From a bacterium (GTDB lineage Bacteria; Zhuqueibacterota; Zhuqueibacteria; Residuimicrobiales; Krinioviventaceae): a stretch of DNA of 64,000 nt. Location of the stretch: NCBI GenBank assembly GCA_963693055.1, contig OY843751.1:1376001-1440000 (forward strand), given 5' to 3'. The notes under the pieces were generated by a model, which worked only from the letters and a program-made list of their open reading frames with translations, made no database searches and was not told the origin of the DNA. This document shows, piece by piece, positions 31,051 to 42,043 of the stretch (the first letter of the stretch is position 1; each line of letters begins with the position of its first letter). The translations under genes were made by a program, and so were the position numbers.

Positions 31051-31102
31051 ATAGCAAAGATTACAATGTCTTTGTAGTACTAGACTCAGGAAAATGGTTT
31101 TT

Positions 31103-31137
31103 AAAAAGACCATCTGCATCCGCATGATGGTTTTTTT
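31103..31137. terminator. Bidirectional terminator
   Basis: aaaaagaccatc / gatggttttttt between convergent khpA and rlmH. Confidence 0.7.
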
Positions 31138-31603
31138 ATTTATGATATTTTTCTCCTCTTAGAATGGTATGCGCTCTGTAGATTTGTTCAAGCAGCATGA
31201 CAGCTGCCAGTTCATGTGGAAACGTCATTTTTGAAAATGATACTTTTTGTTCCGCTTTACTGACAATCTCAGGCGCAAGCCCATGGGGACCCCCAATAAT
31301 AATGGTTACAGATTGCCTTCCATTATTTTGCTGGACCTGAATCCAATTTGCAAACTCTATTGAAGAGAATTGTTTCCCCCCTTTATCCATGACTATGGTA
31401 TACTCTGTGGGTGACAGTTTTTTTTCCAGCTTGATCTTTTCCCGCTCAAGTATTTCAGATTCTGACAGTTTGGCAATCTTTTCAGGTTTTATAAAATCCA
31501 TTTCAATGGCAGTATAGTGCTTTATTCGTTTGAGGTACATGTCTATTGCTGCTTTGAATTGCGGATTTTCGGGTTTGCCAACTGTTAATATTCTGATCTT
31601 CAT
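31136..31603 (-). CDS. rlmH: 23S rRNA pseudouridine-1915 N3-methyltransferase
   Basis: IGGPHGL, SFSKMTFPH and LLEQIYRA...YHK SPOUT motifs. Confidence 0.95.
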   Translation of the reverse strand: MKIRILTVGKPENPQFKAAIDMYLKRIKHYTAIEMDFIKPEKIAKLSESEILEREKIKLEKKLSPTEYTIVMDKGGKQFSSIEFANWIQVQQNNGRQSVTIIIGGPHGLAPEIVSKAEQKVSFSKMTFPHELAAVMLLEQIYRAHTILRGEKYHK

Positions 31604-31609
31604 TTGTCT

Positions 31610-32800
31610 CTATAAAAAGGATTTGATGGATTCTGCCACAAGTTCAACACCGTGCGCTATTTTGTCTTCAGGGGTATTGCAAAATGAAATTCGCATACAA
31701 TTGTTTCGTTCACCTAACGGATCAAACGTATTACCAACAACAAATACGGCGCCTTTATCAATTGTTTTTTTCAAAATGTCCATTGCGTTCAATTGTTCCG
31801 GCAAAGTGACCCAGATATAGAATCCACCTTTGGGGCGTGTCCAGGTTACTCCCTCTGGCATAACAGCGTCAAGTGCTTCCAGCATCAATTCTGATCTTTT
31901 TTTGTAGGCTTTTCGTAATTTTGCCAGATAGTCCGGTAAACGGTTTTGTACCAGAAATTCATGAGCCAAAACCTGACTAAGAGTAGATGTACATGCATCT
32001 AATGATTGTTTTGCCAGATCACATTTTTCAATGATCTCATTCGGGGCCAACAGCCAGCCAATCCGAAGTCCCGGACCGATGTATTTTGAAAACGATGACG
32101 TATAACATATGGGCACGGTCTCCGGGCCTGTTGCTTTGATGGGTACGGTTAATTCTTTGTCCTTTTCATCAAAATAGAGCTCTCCATACGCATCATCCTC
32201 GATCAATATGACATCATGTCCTTTGAGGGCTTGCATCAGCTCTTGTCTGCGTTGTTTGCTGTAAAGAATACCAGCGGGATTATGAAAATAGGGGGTAACA
32301 TAAACAAATTTGGGTAACGGTTTGGACGAGTTTAAAATATTTTCAAGTTCCTGTATATTCGCACCATCATCATCCAGGGAGATGGTTTCAAAATCCGCCT
32401 GAAAGGATTTAAAAGCCGAGATGGCACCAATAAATGCGGGATATTCCGTAATTACCCGGTCACCGGGATCAATAAAGATCTTTGAGAGTATACTTATTGC
32501 CTGCATAGAACCGGTAGTTACAATCAGGCCATTGTCTTCTACCGGCAGTCCTTTTTCTTTCAAAAACCCTTTTAAAGATTCCAGAAAAGGCGGGTATCCA
32601 CCTGTGGGCCCATATTGCAGCGCCTGTTTTTTAACAGCGGGAGAAAGCGAGTTATAAATCTCGTCAATTTCCTGAACGGGTAACAGGTCATTATTGGGCA
32701 TGCCACCGGAAAAAGAAATGATATCCGGTTTGGATGCCAGGCTCATCAACTCGCGAATTGCGGATGAGCGCATACTGGACGCACTGGTGGAAAATCGCAT
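31610..32800 (-). CDS. PLP-dependent class I/II aminotransferase (LysN/aromatic type)
   Basis: SAIREL, ISFSGGMP, HNPAG, IEDDAY, SFSKYIGPGLRIGW, PKGGFYIW. Confidence 0.9.
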   Translation of the reverse strand: MRFSTSASSMRSSAIRELMSLASKPDIISFSGGMPNNDLLPVQEIDEIYNSLSPAVKKQALQYGPTGGYPPFLESLKGFLKEKGLPVEDNGLIVTTGSMQAISILSKIFIDPGDRVITEYPAFIGAISAFKSFQADFETISLDDDGANIQELENILNSSKPLPKFVYVTPYFHNPAGILYSKQRRQELMQALKGHDVILIEDDAYGELYFDEKDKELTVPIKATGPETVPICYTSSFSKYIGPGLRIGWLLAPNEIIEKCDLAKQSLDACTSTLSQVLAHEFLVQNRLPDYLAKLRKAYKKRSELMLEALDAVMPEGVTWTRPKGGFYIWVTLPEQLNAMDILKKTIDKGAVFVVGNTFDPLGERNNCMRISFCNTPEDKIAHGVELVAESIKSFL

Positions 32801-32815
32801 TATAGGTGCCTTTCT

Positions 32816-33241
32816 TTATATTTCGTATATCTCATTGGCTTTGATCAGTTCTACTTTGTGTTTTTGCAATACGTCGATTGCCGCTTGCAGGGCTTCGGTA
32901 CGGATGATAACCGATGCTTTTTCTCCAAATTCGAACGCGTACATGTATTCAATGCCAATCTTTGCGTTTGATAGAATCTCGAGCGCTCTTGCGAGCCCGC
33001 CTGGAGTATGGGGAACGGTTAGACAGATCACATCCGTTGAATTGACGGTAAAGTTTCTCGCTTTTAGAGATTCTACCGCTTTATCCGGATTGGTTACAAT
33101 AAGGCGTAGAATACCGTATTCAGCCGTATCTGCAATACTAAGCGCGGAAATGTTTATATTGGCTTCTTCAAGTGCTTTGGTCACTTCGGTTAGCCGACCT
33201 GATTTATTTTCAAGAAATATCGATAATTGTTTAATGATCAT
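32816..33241 (-). CDS. Tandem ACT-domain protein
   Basis: KQLSIFLENKSGRL, INISALSIADT...GILRLIV, IEYMYAF; typical paaK neighbour. Confidence 0.9.
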   Translation of the reverse strand: MIIKQLSIFLENKSGRLTEVTKALEEANINISALSIADTAEYGILRLIVTNPDKAVESLKARNFTVNSTDVICLTVPHTPGGLARALEILSNAKIGIEYMYAFEFGEKASVIIRTEALQAAIDVLQKHKVELIKANEIYEI

Positions 33242-33256
33242 GTGAGATCCTCCTGG

Positions 33257-34555
33257 TTACATGCTTCGTTTGTCGATGACACGTTTGGCCTTGCCTTCAC
33301 TGCGCTCGATTGTTTTGTGCTCTACCAGTTTGACTTTGACACTGAGTCCCAGTGTGCTGTCAATGTTGTGTTTGATTTTTGCAGACAGTGCTTCCAGTTT
33401 ACGGATTTCATCAGAGAAAAATTCATTTTCCACTTCAACCCAGACTTCCAGATTGTCAAGATTATTGACACGGTCCACAATCAATTGATAATGCGGTTTG
33501 GTCTCGCTCATTTCAAGCAGAACGCTTTCAATCTGAGACGGGAACACGTTAACACCGCGAATGATGAGCATATCGTCCGAGCGACCCAGACATTTTGCCA
33601 TGCGCACCATGGTACGTCCGCATTCACAGGTCTCGTAATTGAGCACGGTCAGATCGCGGGTGCGGTAACGCAGCAGGGGGAGTCCCTCTTTGGTGAGCGT
33701 TGTAAACACCAATTCACCAATTTCACCCGGGGGAAGGACCTCGAGCGTTTTGGGGTCAATGATCTCGGGATAAAAATGATCTTCGAAAACGTGCAAACCT
33801 GTCTTGTGCACACATTCAGTGGAAACACCCGGTCCAATGACCTCACTGAGTCCGTAAATATCAATCGCCAGTATGCCCAGTTTATCTTCAATTTCTTTGC
33901 GGATGTTCTCGGTCCAGGGTTCCGCGCCAAAGATACCCACACGCAGGGGCAGGTCTTGTGGAGACAGGCCTGCTTCTTCCAGGGCTTCGGCCAGATAAAG
34001 CGCGTACGAGGGCGTGCACGCAAGCACGGTACTGCCAAAATCTTTCATCAACTGGATCTGACGCTTGGTGTTGCCGCCGGAAATGGGAATGACTGTTGCT
34101 CCGACTTTTTCCGTACCGTAATGGATGCCGAGTCCGCCGGTAAACAATCCATAACCGTATGCGATCTGTACAACATCGTCTTTGCCTGCACCGGCACAGT
34201 TGAGGGTGCGCGCAACCACTTCGGACCACAGGTTAATATCGCGACGGGTATAGCCAACTACTGTGGGTTTGCCGGTGGTACCGCTTGAAGCGTGCACACG
34301 TACAATATCGCTCATGGGTGCGGCAAACAGGTCGAACGGGTAATTGTCGCGCAGGTCCTGTTTTGTGGTAAAGGGCAGGTTTTTTAGGTCGTCAATGCTT
34401 TTTACATCGCCGGGGTCCATGCCCTGTTCCTGGAATTTTTTGCGATAAAAAGGTACGTTGTAATAGAGACGTTCAACCATATTGACCAGCCGTTCGCTCT
34501 GCACACGGGTGAGCTCCTGGCGGTCCATACATTCAAAATGTTCATTCCAGATCAT
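33257..34555 (-). CDS. paaK: Phenylacetate-CoA ligase
   Basis: [48 protein letters not shown]. Confidence 0.93.
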   Translation of the reverse strand: MIWNEHFECMDRQELTRVQSERLVNMVERLYYNVPFYRKKFQEQGMDPGDVKSIDDLKNLPFTTKQDLRDNYPFDLFAAPMSDIVRVHASSGTTGKPTVVGYTRRDINLWSEVVARTLNCAGAGKDDVVQIAYGYGLFTGGLGIHYGTEKVGATVIPISGGNTKRQIQLMKDFGSTVLACTPSYALYLAEALEEAGLSPQDLPLRVGIFGAEPWTENIRKEIEDKLGILAIDIYGLSEVIGPGVSTECVHKTGLHVFEDHFYPEIIDPKTLEVLPPGEIGELVFTTLTKEGLPLLRYRTRDLTVLNYETCECGRTMVRMAKCLGRSDDMLIIRGVNVFPSQIESVLLEMSETKPHYQLIVDRVNNLDNLEVWVEVENEFFSDEIRKLEALSAKIKHNIDSTLGLSVKVKLVEHKTIERSEGKAKRVIDKRSM

Positions 34556-34719
34556 TCTTTTCTCCGGTCATTGGTGTGTATATTGAGGAAACGCGTTGTA
34601 TTCCGGTAGTTTGATTTGCAGTTATAAAATAATTGAATCTATTGGATTATGCAAGAAACTTTTTTTCTACGTGAGAAGAAAGATGTGAGACGGGAGAGGT
34701 GAAAAACTTGACCTGATTG

Positions 34720-34809
34720 GGGGGAGATTTGCCTGGACATTTGTCCTGATTCTTCAAGAATTGCATGGGACAAATGTTTCATTTGAATATTCTGCGATGC
34801 AGGAATCTG
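34720..34809. repeat. ~100-bp palindromic intergenic repeat, copy 1 (degenerate)
   Basis: GGACATTTGTCCTGAT...AATTGC.TGGGACAAA...TTGAATATTC.GCGATGCAGG shared with the copies at 35838 and 36811. Confidence 0.8.
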
Positions 34810-35056
34810 TGAAATGGGTTTCTATGATGGAGGATGATAAAAATGAATATTTTTTTCTTTTTGGTGAAAATTTATTGTTTGTTTAACGGATAATTGTTAA
34901 TTTATATAACGATAAATGGGGCAGCTTTTCATTTTTCATCAAAAATATTGTCTATCAATTTATTCAAGTGTCTTTATCTACAACATAATGTCTTTTTAAT
35001 AGTACTAAAAATTTGAGTGTATTGCTTTGAATGCATTCAAAAATCAGGAGTTTTGG

Positions 35057-35680
35057 ATGAAAAAAATCTTTTTTGTAATCTTGTTTTTTTCAGTTATTGT
35101 CAATTCCAGTTTTGCGGAATACAAGTTTGGTGTTGTTGCGGGGACAAATATAGAAAAGATGATTTTTGAAAAGAGAACTATTTACAAGCATCACAATCCT
35201 TATGGTTATTCTTATGGGATTTACTTTGAGAGAGCGTTAGGAGAACGTTTCTCTCTACGTTCTGAATTGTCTAATAATAAATCAACCATAAAATTTGAAA
35301 ATTTTACAACACAAGGCGATCATTATAAAATTTTTATTGAAAAAGATTATTTGTCAATACCAATTCTTTTCAAATATCACTTTTGGAAATCTTTGAATAT
35401 ATCTGGTGGTTTACAGTTAAATTGGAATCAAGATATTAATTATACATTTGAAGAAATGTATACGAATAGAGCAATCAAATCTTTTAGTATTACATCCAAA
35501 GTATCAAAGTTTGATACATATATTTGTATTATTTTAAGTAAAGATTTTTTTCTCTTTAATAAGAATTTAGATATTGGCATTCGGATATTAAAAGGAATAA
35601 ATAAAATAGAAGAAAACTGGTACTTGGATGATAAAGCCAAATATTTACAATTTCAATTGTTGTTCAGTTTGCAGTTGTAG
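35057..35680 (+). CDS. Outer-membrane beta-barrel (porin-family-like) protein, AT-rich
   Basis: Signal peptide, KFGVVAGTN, YLSIPILFKY, alternating beta-strands; RBS AGGAG. Confidence 0.7.
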   Translation: MKKIFFVILFFSVIVNSSFAEYKFGVVAGTNIEKMIFEKRTIYKHHNPYGYSYGIYFERALGERFSLRSELSNNKSTIKFENFTTQGDHYKIFIEKDYLSIPILFKYHFWKSLNISGGLQLNWNQDINYTFEEMYTNRAIKSFSITSKVSKFDTYICIILSKDFFLFNKNLDIGIRILKGINKIEENWYLDDKAKYLQFQLLFSLQL

Positions 35681-35837
35681 AGCATATAAATTTAGTTTGG
35701 TACATTGATGATGGTTGCCTTGCACCTCCGAGGATACCGGGCAATTGGTTATACTTTTAAAATAAATATGATCACACGGCATGTCTATGTTGTGCTGAAT
35801 ATATGATCGCCCGGTAATCCGCCAGCTGGCGGATGCA

Positions 35838-35940
35838 GGACGGAATATTTACCAGGACATTTGTCCTGATACTCGGAAAATTGCCTGGGACAAAAATCCC
35901 GCTTTAATTTTCCGCGGGGCAGGGATCTGCATCGCGATCA
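35838..35940. repeat. ~100-bp palindromic intergenic repeat, copy 2
   Basis: CGGAATATTTACCAGGACATTTGTCCTGATACTCGGAAAATTGCCTGGGAC is identical in copy 3. Confidence 0.9.
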
Positions 35941-36032
35941 ATGACGCACCAGGAAGAAATGGAGGCTTTTAAGCAGATCAACAATACTGTGACATCTGCT
36001 ATAGTTAAAGAGAAATTATTATTATATACAGG

Positions 36033-36761
36033 ATGGTAGTAATGAGAAAAGTATTTTTTTTAGTGATAATTATTCCATTGTCATTGTTCTCTTATGTAAA
36101 TGATGGCCCGCCAAAAAATGGTTATTTTGGTGGTTCAAGAGTTGCAAATTATTGTCATTTTAATATTCCTTTTTACATGAGTTATTTGGGGGACAATAAT
36201 AATGCTTTTTCATTATTATGGCCCGGACTTGCCAGTCCGATAGGTCAAATTCAATATACTAAAAGATATAATGAAAATTCTAAATTGGGCATAGGGCTAG
36301 GGCTCCCTTTTATTTCAATATATGCTGATAGAGACTTTAATATCAGTAAAAATAAAAAAATTAATACCAGCTTTTTGGTTGGGATACCATTCTTCTCACT
36401 ATCATCAAAAGTGTTCTACCCCTTTGATGATGTTGGGAGATATAAGCAAGGAGTTTCATTTAATTATATCTATTATTCTGGATATTATAGCTGGTCTATG
36501 GTTGGAAATATGGATATTTATCCTGGATCACAAGTATTATCTTTAAATTATGAAGGTTTGATTACTCCAAAGAACAATGGCAAAGTTAATTTGTTCTTTT
36601 CTATTGGAGCTAATTATTTATTTTTGAGCTATGCGATTCGTCAAGCTGATAATGAAAATTATGGATTCAAGAATTTCGTGAATTTATATGATTATGCATT
36701 ATCTGATGTTTCCTGGGATAAAAATATATGTTGGAGCCTGTCATTTGGAATTAATTTTTAA
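36033..36761 (+). CDS. Hypothetical exported protein, possible beta-barrel, AT-rich
   Basis: N-terminal signal-like segment; C-terminal WSLSFGINF resembles a BAM beta-signal. Confidence 0.6.
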   Translation: MVVMRKVFFLVIIIPLSLFSYVNDGPPKNGYFGGSRVANYCHFNIPFYMSYLGDNNNAFSLLWPGLASPIGQIQYTKRYNENSKLGIGLGLPFISIYADRDFNISKNKKINTSFLVGIPFFSLSSKVFYPFDDVGRYKQGVSFNYIYYSGYYSWSMVGNMDIYPGSQVLSLNYEGLITPKNNGKVNLFFSIGANYLFLSYAIRQADNENYGFKNFVNLYDYALSDVSWDKNICWSLSFGINF

Positions 36762-36810
36762 AAAGAACCTGATCGCTCAGATTATTATGATCGCTCGGTA
36801 TATTTATTCC

Positions 36811-36918
36811 GGGCGGAATATTTACCAGGACATTTGTCCTGATACTCGGAAAATTGCCTGGGACGAATGTAATGTCCCGCTTGAATATTCCGCGATGCAG
36901 GGAGCTGCATCGCGATCA
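36811..36918. repeat. ~100-bp palindromic intergenic repeat, copy 3
   Basis: Contains hairpins CAGGACA-TT-TGTCCTG, GGGAC..GTCCC and CGCGATGCAG-N4-CTGCATCGCG. Confidence 0.9.
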
Positions 36919-36926
36919 GTTTTTTC

Positions 36927-37760
36927 TTAATTCTCCGAATTAATGTCGAAAATCCAGTTTCTTACAAGCTCCAGGTAAGCTTCGTATCCCATAATATCCG
37001 GGATGTCGGTGTGGTTGGCATCCTGGACCAGTACCATGGATTTGGGCTCAGGTGCGTTTGCGTACACCACTTTGCCATTGTCGCGATAGCGTACAAAATC
37101 GTCTTGAGCGCCATGGATCAGTAGAAACCGGGTATTGATGTTTTGGATCTGCTTTGCATTGTCAAACGAACCGGTTGTGAGCCACTGCGAAGGAATATCC
37201 AACACCGTGCTGCCCTGGGTTAACGAGTTTGCTGATGCAAATGGAGACTCGGCAATCAAACAGCGGGGGTCTACTTTTTGTCCCGCAAGATAGATTGAGG
37301 CTACATTCCCCAGCGAATATCCGTAAATGCAGAGTGAATCCGCGGGTACGTTCTGCTCGTTCATGACATAGTTGAGTGCAGCGTCACTATCCTGATAGAG
37401 TCCCGTCTCGGAAGATTTTCCCTCGGACTTGCCGTATCCGCGATAATCATAGATAAATATATTCACGCCCAGTTCATACATCAGCATGACACGGTCCCAA
37501 TATTCATCAATATTGTGCTTGTTGCCGTGACAATAGAGAATGGTAATGCCGGGACGCTCACCATTGGATTCTACCCAATAGCCGTAAATTTTGTTGCCGC
37601 CGCTGTTGAGAGACACTTCCTGCAGATGGTCTTGTGGAATGGAATTGCCGGGCAGTTTGTATTCGTCCAGTGATTCGGTGTTGAATAAAAATCCGTCCAG
37701 TTCACAGGCGGTAAATATTGTTGAAAAGAGTAGTATTAAGAGTAGGGAAAGCTTTTTCAT
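36927..37760 (-). CDS. Alpha/beta hydrolase lipoprotein (ABHD13/Bem46-like)
   Basis: Start at MKKLSLLL..FTAC (lipobox); YCHGN, YDYRGYGKS, GYSLG, IHGAQD, ANH. Confidence 0.85.
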   Translation of the reverse strand: MKKLSLLLILLFSTIFTACELDGFLFNTESLDEYKLPGNSIPQDHLQEVSLNSGGNKIYGYWVESNGERPGITILYCHGNKHNIDEYWDRVMLMYELGVNIFIYDYRGYGKSEGKSSETGLYQDSDAALNYVMNEQNVPADSLCIYGYSLGNVASIYLAGQKVDPRCLIAESPFASANSLTQGSTVLDIPSQWLTTGSFDNAKQIQNINTRFLLIHGAQDDFVRYRDNGKVVYANAPEPKSMVLVQDANHTDIPDIMGYEAYLELVRNWIFDINSEN

Positions 37761-38422
37761 TTGAAACTCCTTTCCAGCGCAAACAGGGTGGTAATGGCGC
37801 CATAGCCGGAAATGGGTAGATAATCCACTGCCAGGTTTTCGCTGGCAATGTTGGAGCCGTTCCATTTAATCTCGGTAATGAGTCGGGTATTTCTGCCGAG
37901 TTTCCACTCGTAGCCGACAAATGGAGAAAAGATCAGGGATTCCGCATCGTCATCATAATCGGGATCAGAGATGGGTGCGGCCATATCCAGACCGCCAAAG
38001 AACTGTCCTTTTCCGGTCTGCCAGGCGGATGAAAAAGATACAACCGGGTAAATACGATATTTTTCTTCAATATCAGATTTCAAGCTGGCAAAGCACATTA
38101 AAAACGGGTGAATGCCAATGGTGGGTTTTAATCCATCTTGTTCAATGGGGTACCAGGAAAATCCGGCATCAAGTCCTGCCATTTTGTATGCCAGGGGCAG
38201 CAAATGCAGGTTGCTGAACAGGTTAACCTTTTCAATTACCCCGTATTCAATACCTCCGGTCACATATGGCACCGGGATTTGCGTGCCCAGTGCTTTAATA
38301 ATGGGGCCACCAAAGCTTACGTTGGCATCCACATTACCTTTACCCAGGGGCTGCAAATGTGTATGTGCCGCACAGGAAAAGAGTAGTAAACTGCTTAATA
38401 ACAAGAGAATTATTTTCTTCAT
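37757..38422 (-). CDS. Hypothetical lipoprotein / outer-membrane protein
   Basis: LFSC lipobox, beta-rich sequence; its stop overlaps the next start (ATGA coupling). Confidence 0.7.
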   Translation of the reverse strand: MKKIILLLLSSLLLFSCAAHTHLQPLGKGNVDANVSFGGPIIKALGTQIPVPYVTGGIEYGVIEKVNLFSNLHLLPLAYKMAGLDAGFSWYPIEQDGLKPTIGIHPFLMCFASLKSDIEEKYRIYPVVSFSSAWQTGKGQFFGGLDMAAPISDPDYDDDAESLIFSPFVGYEWKLGRNTRLITEIKWNGSNIASENLAVDYLPISGYGAITTLFALERSFK

Positions 38423-38538
38423 TCATACCTCGGATTAGGAAATTTTGGGGAGCTATTTCTACTAGAATTTAATTTTACTGTGTCAAAAATTAGACCAGAA
38501 TGAACCGGGGGAACCGGAAGCGTGTGCGAGAATTAAAT

Positions 38539-38583
38539 ATAGTTAATATTCAGGCATTTTCAATTTACCTGAATATTAACTAT
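38539..38583 (-). terminator. Long hairpin / probable terminator
   Basis: 16-bp perfect stem atagttaatattcagg / cctgaatattaactat just after the stop at 38596. Confidence 0.65.
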
Positions 38584-38595
38584 TTGTCAAATGTT

Positions 38596-41500
38596 TTATT
38601 GTATCGATTGAAGTATCAGGTTAGCATCAATATTCAGCGGGTCTGTTTCAAGGGCTTTTGTGAATAATGAAATTGCCTGGTCTTTTTCGCCCAGTCCTAA
38701 ATGTCCCAGACCTTGCATATAGTATGACGAAACGTGCAGTTTTTTTCTCTGCAATTCTTTGTTGAGCTGGAAAATTCTGCCTGAATGTTCCTCGTCTACA
38801 GTTACGGTAATGTGTCGACTGTCTTTACCTTTATTGATGCGTTGCAGGCCATCCTCAATCAGTTTTTCAAAACGTTTTTCGGCTCCTGATTTATCACCCA
38901 GTTCAATTTGTGCCAGTGCTTTATAATACTCTATTTCCGGGAAATCGCCGGCGCCCCAGCCCTTGTTGAATGTATAGTTGACCATCTTTTCGTACCAGGA
39001 TTTTGCTGCTTTTTTATCATTCGCCAATGCTGCATTTTGTCCCAAATAGTAATAGGCAATACCAACTTTGCTGTTTCGTTCGGCTTCAAGATTTTTGGGG
39101 AATTCCATTGCCTGCATGAAAAAGGATTCTGCTTTTTTATGGTCCTTGTTATTCATGTATTGAATACCGGTTTGCAGATTGGCATCGAACCATAGCACAT
39201 GGGGATTAAATGTTGCGCCTTCTTTGATATGATAGTTTATTTCGTTCAACAAACCAAGGGCTTTATCATAATTGCCATAGTAATTGGACAGTTTAATTTC
39301 CATTATCTGAATGTCTACAATGTCTTTACCCAGTGTTCCGTATTCATCGAGAAATTGAGCAAGCTGTTCTGGTGACATGCTGGAATAAGACATGTAGAGA
39401 TCCGCTTCGTTAAAATAGCGCGGTTCAGTGGGATCTAATGAAATCGCTTTTATGATATTTGCCAATGCATTGGGCATATCCTGCAGATGGTTTGCCTCAA
39501 TGTATGCAATATTCCGGTAAATTATGGATTCGCTGCTTTTGATTTCGGCGGCCATTTTCCAATATTTTATGGCATTTTCATGTTGATAGTCAGCCAATGC
39601 ATTACCAAGCAGATAACATGCAGACACATCCCGGGAATCCTGAGAAACGGCATATTTCAATACCTTGATAGATTCACTGCCATAGGGGAAACAAAGCTCC
39701 AGAGGCAGATTGCCGGCCTTGTTCAAGGCGTCTTGAGATTTATCGGTTTTGCCTGCAAGATCATAATACATGGCTAGATGATAATAAATCATGGGGTATG
39801 CATTCAACTCTTTTAAAGAAGAGGATGCCGCAAGTTCAAGTACATTAGAGGCATCGGTATAGAGTCCCATTTCGCTATAGCGTGTAGCCGTTTCAATATA
39901 GTTATAAGGTTCTGACCGGAAATGCTTGGCAATATCCATATAGTGAGCAAGATTTTGATCGGTTTTTATATGTGTGTCCAGTATTCTCAATTCGTTCATA
40001 GCAATCAGGCAAAGTGGATCAACCGTAAGGGCATCTTTAATCGTTTCAAGGGCTTGGGGGTAATCACCCTGTTTACGTAATATAATGGCTTTACTGACAA
40101 GTGCTTCAACGTTCTGGGTATTGGCTTTGCATGCCCGGTCTGCGGCATCGTAAGCCTTGTTCCAATCATTTTGCAGTGCTTCGAGTCGTGAAACAAGCGT
40201 ATATCCCGCGGATGTCCATTCATAGTCCCAGGTTGCTCTGTAAAGCATATCCAATGCTTTTTCAATTTCCCCCTGTTGCATATAGCAGATACCCAGGTAA
40301 AAAAGGGAAGTGGCATCCTGAGCTTTTTTATGGTTTCCGGTTACAATCTTTACCGCTTTTTCAAGATGTTTTTGTGCTTTGGAGTAAGCACCTCTTTTGA
40401 GATAAACGGTTCCGATCTGGGTATTCGCCAGCACATTGTTTGGGTCTCTTGCCAGTGCAGCTTTATAATATGCCATATAATCATAATTGGTGTTGCCAAA
40501 CTGCTCCAGTTTCAGTCCTGCAAAAAAGAGGTCCTGGCTGTTTGTATAAGAATCTGGAGTTGAGGGGTCCTCATATGTTTCCGGAAAAGGCTCGTTCAAG
40601 GGCGGTTGTTTTTGCCATGACAGCATTTGTGTGCCTTGTGAAGACAAGAGTGTGATTGCAAGGTCCTCATACGCTGTATTCTTGTTGATCTTGATTTCGG
40701 TTTGGAATGGTTTGACGGGAGAGATTTCCAATGTTTTTGTGAAAATGGTCTCGCCTTTATCTTTGAGAATGATTTGGGTGCCTTTTTGTACACTGGTAGC
40801 ATTGATCTGAATGAGGGCTTTGTGGTTTTCAAGTTCAAGATTTACGGCAAAGTCTTTGTTGACTTCTTTCATGTTGCTGAGATTTTTAATACCATACATG
40901 TACATGGTACCATATTTGGTTTCAAAGGGTGCAACAAAGTTGTAATCGGGTTGATTGTCAGAATAGAAACCCATCATCAACTCTGCATAGGGGCCGTCGG
41001 TATCTGTTAGTTTTTCGTCCCAGACTTTTTGTACTTCATTTTTACCCCAGTTCCAGAGTTTTTTACCCTTGAATATCCGATGGTCTCCCACCATGGCTAC
41101 GCCAGCTTTTTTGCCGTGATCAATACCACCCATAAAATCCTGATGAGATCTGGTAACAAAAAAGGATGTAGGCTGTTTGGCGGCATTCCACCAGGACAGA
41201 TCTTCTCCATGGGTATAATCGTATGATTGATATACCTGGTTCAGTATAGGCCACCGGGTAAATTCTGTTACATAGTGAAAATTCATCATCTCAACATCGG
41301 GTGGGAAAATGAATTGGTAATCGTCATTTGTGTGTACCGCATTGTTTGCAAAAAACAAAGCCGGATATTGAAAAGGAGTTACATTCAGGGTTTTGAATTC
41401 CATTTTTACATAGGACTTGCCGGGCTCCAGTGTCATACCTACCAGCCAACGGGTCTGGCTTCTTTTTTCATATTCGCCAACCCAAACCGTTTTGCTGCCG

Positions 41501-41967
41501 TCCGCATGTTCAGTTATGGTATAATCCACTGGCAATAAACTGGTGGCTCTGTGGTGATGCGGCGTGTTCCACTCGGTTCCTCCGGATGTCCAGGCGCCAA
41601 GTGTTCCTATTAACGCGGGTTTAACAACGCGATTGTTATATATCATGTCATAGTTGTTGGTTTTATCAAGGGCGTAATACAGTCTGCCGCCCATTTCCGG
41701 GGTAACGCATATTTTTATATATTCATTCTCCAAAACAACTGCCTTGTAATCTATATTTGTTTTGACCTCGGTCTGAACATTATAGAATGGATAGGGGTAT
41801 ATATGTCTTTCTGCAAGCTGAACTTCTTCGTTGCGAAAAAAAAGAGGGATTTTATCCGGATCAGGTACCTTGTACGTGGGTAAAGTCATTGTTTCTTCGT
41901 ATACCCTTACCTGAGAAAAACAGATTGAGCTAAATACTAGCAGCAAGACATATAGATGCGATTTCAT
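38596..41967 (-). CDS. DUF5107 domain + TPR repeat protein
   Basis: LENEYIKICVTPEMGGR, YNNRVVKPALIG..GAWTSGGTEWN.P.HH, GKKLWNWG; many TPRs. Confidence 0.85.
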   Translation of the reverse strand: MKSHLYVLLLVFSSICFSQVRVYEETMTLPTYKVPDPDKIPLFFRNEEVQLAERHIYPYPFYNVQTEVKTNIDYKAVVLENEYIKICVTPEMGGRLYYALDKTNNYDMIYNNRVVKPALIGTLGAWTSGGTEWNTPHHHRATSLLPVDYTITEHADGSKTVWVGEYEKRSQTRWLVGMTLEPGKSYVKMEFKTLNVTPFQYPALFFANNAVHTNDDYQFIFPPDVEMMNFHYVTEFTRWPILNQVYQSYDYTHGEDLSWWNAAKQPTSFFVTRSHQDFMGGIDHGKKAGVAMVGDHRIFKGKKLWNWGKNEVQKVWDEKLTDTDGPYAELMMGFYSDNQPDYNFVAPFETKYGTMYMYGIKNLSNMKEVNKDFAVNLELENHKALIQINATSVQKGTQIILKDKGETIFTKTLEISPVKPFQTEIKINKNTAYEDLAITLLSSQGTQMLSWQKQPPLNEPFPETYEDPSTPDSYTNSQDLFFAGLKLEQFGNTNYDYMAYYKAALARDPNNVLANTQIGTVYLKRGAYSKAQKHLEKAVKIVTGNHKKAQDATSLFYLGICYMQQGEIEKALDMLYRATWDYEWTSAGYTLVSRLEALQNDWNKAYDAADRACKANTQNVEALVSKAIILRKQGDYPQALETIKDALTVDPLCLIAMNELRILDTHIKTDQNLAHYMDIAKHFRSEPYNYIETATRYSEMGLYTDASNVLELAASSSLKELNAYPMIYYHLAMYYDLAGKTDKSQDALNKAGNLPLELCFPYGSESIKVLKYAVSQDSRDVSACYLLGNALADYQHENAIKYWKMAAEIKSSESIIYRNIAYIEANHLQDMPNALANIIKAISLDPTEPRYFNEADLYMSYSSMSPEQLAQFLDEYGTLGKDIVDIQIMEIKLSNYYGNYDKALGLLNEINYHIKEGATFNPHVLWFDANLQTGIQYMNNKDHKKAESFFMQAMEFPKNLEAERNSKVGIAYYYLGQNAALANDKKAAKSWYEKMVNYTFNKGWGAGDFPEIEYYKALAQIELGDKSGAEKRFEKLIEDGLQRINKGKDSRHITVTVDEEHSGRIFQLNKELQRKKLHVSSYYMQGLGHLGLGEKDQAISLFTKALETDPLNIDANLILQSIQ

Positions 41968-42043
41968 ACATACCTCTGGATAGTTAATTTTTTTCTTAAA
42001 TATTTATGATAAAATAAAAATTTTTTTATTAAATCAAAGCAAT

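Noticed and set aside
34720-36918. CRISPR array or canonical integron
   Set aside because: Repeats are about 100 bp with gene-sized spacing; no cas or intI gene and no clear attC core sites. Kept only as a cassette-like repeat.
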